Below, in pieces: positions 63,193 to 64,000 of a DNA stretch of 64,000 bases. The stretch lies in assembly GCA_934272785.1 (NCBI GenBank), contig CAKQSE010000002.1, positions 67,588 to 131,587 of the forward strand. The letters are read 5' to 3'. The notes under the pieces were generated by a model that saw only the letters and a list, made by a program, of their open reading frames with translations, searched no databases and was not told where the DNA came from. The translations under genes were made by a program, and so were the position numbers. The DNA is from an uncultured Alphaproteobacteria bacterium. GTDB taxonomy: Bacteria > Pseudomonadota > Alphaproteobacteria > Rs-D84. Within the stretch, counting starts at the first letter, position 1. Every line of letters starts with the position of its first letter.

Positions 63193-64000
63193 TTAACACA
63201 CCCGCTCAATCGGGATATTGTGTCGCCGACAAAAATCATCCATGAATCTGATAAACGCCCTGACCTTTGGCGAATCAATCAGTTTCGGACTGCACGCGGC
63301 AACCATCCGATGTTCATATTCAAAATTTATGTTCGGCACCCGCACCAGTTTTGGTGGCTGCTGCGCGGTCCACGCCGGCAATAATCCGATGCCATCGCCG
63401 TCGCGTATCAGACGGAATATCAGTCCGACCGAATCCGTGGTCGTGTTTAACTTGCGCGCCCGCTTTGCGATAAATGAACACTCGGGCAAATTCAAATACG
63501 ACTGATACATACACAGGTCAAAGTTTTCCAGCATATCGTCCATATTCTGGGGCACGCCATGCCGGTCCAAATATTCCTGGGTTGTGAAAAAATGTGCCTT
63601 GGCCCGCAGGCGGAACAATGTGCGACCCGGAATTTGATAATTAGATTTGGCGTCAACAATCGCAACCTCGATACTCGACAAGTTTTGCTGGCGATTGGTC
63701 AACAAATCCAGGCGGATTTTCGGATACATCGCATAGAACCGCGACAGGTCACGTAAAATATAACTGCCGACCAGGCCTTCGGCCACCAGGACGGATATAT
63801 AGCCGGTCAAATCATCTTCGGGTGATGCGTTGTCGATTATACTGTCCAGCGCATTGCATATCGTTTCAATGTTGGAATAAATTTCCGGGGTTGCATTTGT
63901 TGGCAAACTGCCCGTTGGGGTGCGCTGTAACAGCGTTGCGTTTAAACGCATTTCCAAATCAGAAATCAATTTGGACATATTGGAATGTTTTATGCCGTTT
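63193..64000 (-). CDS. LysR-family transcriptional regulator (5' end beyond the window)
   Basis: The reading frame stays open upstream of Met 63978 to the window edge (NGIKHSN-MSKLISDLEMRLNATLLQRT is the tail of a LysR HTH). A substrate-binding domain follows. Confidence 0.7.
   Translation of the reverse strand, partial: NGIKHSNMSKLISDLEMRLNATLLQRTPTGSLPTNATPEIYSNIETICNALDSIIDNASPEDDLTGYISVLVAEGLVGSYILRDLSRFYAMYPKIRLDLLTNRQQNLSSIEVAIVDAKSNYQIPGRTLFRLRAKAHFFTTQEYLDRHGVPQNMDDMLENFDLCMYQSYLNLPECSFIAKRARKLNTTTDSVGLIFRLIRDGDGIGLLPAWTAQQPPKLVRVPNINFEYEHRMVAACSPKLIDSPKVRAFIRFMDDFCRRHNIPIERVC

Overview
The window looks like an alphaproteobacterial chromosome segment. This is an inference from gene order: frr-uppS-cdsA-rseP-bamA, lpxI, lptE-holA-map-radC and a zapA locus. 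It carries about 60 housekeeping or hypothetical CDSs and five tRNAs: His, Ala, Asp, Glu and Leu. Four accessory layers sit on this backbone. (1) At 14.27-27.26 kb there is a minus-strand podovirus-like cluster. It encodes an endolysin, a holin-like protein, a scaffold, a Lys/Ala-rich histone-H1-like protein, a major capsid, tail tubular A and B, a fibre adaptor, a large terminase and a portal. I could find no integrase, no polymerase or primase, and no recognisable small terminase. Its large terminase gene is cut exactly at the ATPase/nuclease domain boundary by a 3.36-kb opposite-strand cassette. The cassette carries dnaB, a dual-HTH/S24-like regulator and an unknown 226-aa protein, and both terminase halves remain intact ORFs. 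(2) Both the lysis/structural operon and an orphan tail-fibre-like gene next to bamA are preceded by a near-consensus promoter followed at once by intrinsic terminators. That layout resembles an antitermination-controlled late gene. (3) Type IV secretion pieces are scattered: a VirB7-like lipoprotein, two VirB8-like proteins and a solitary VirB11. There is also a low-GC glycosyltransferase islet and an ASCH-GNAT islet. (4) A family of modular inverted-repeat elements (core AGAGAGCAGAG...AGAGAGCAATG) fills several intergenic regions and occurs once in frame inside priA. Short duplicates of tRNA 3' ends lie next to tRNA-His and tRNA-Glu. Separately, the anaerobic RNR glycyl-radical domain is a stand-alone 61-aa ORF between nrdD and nrdG. 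All functional calls come from reading motifs in the supplied translations. No database search was run.
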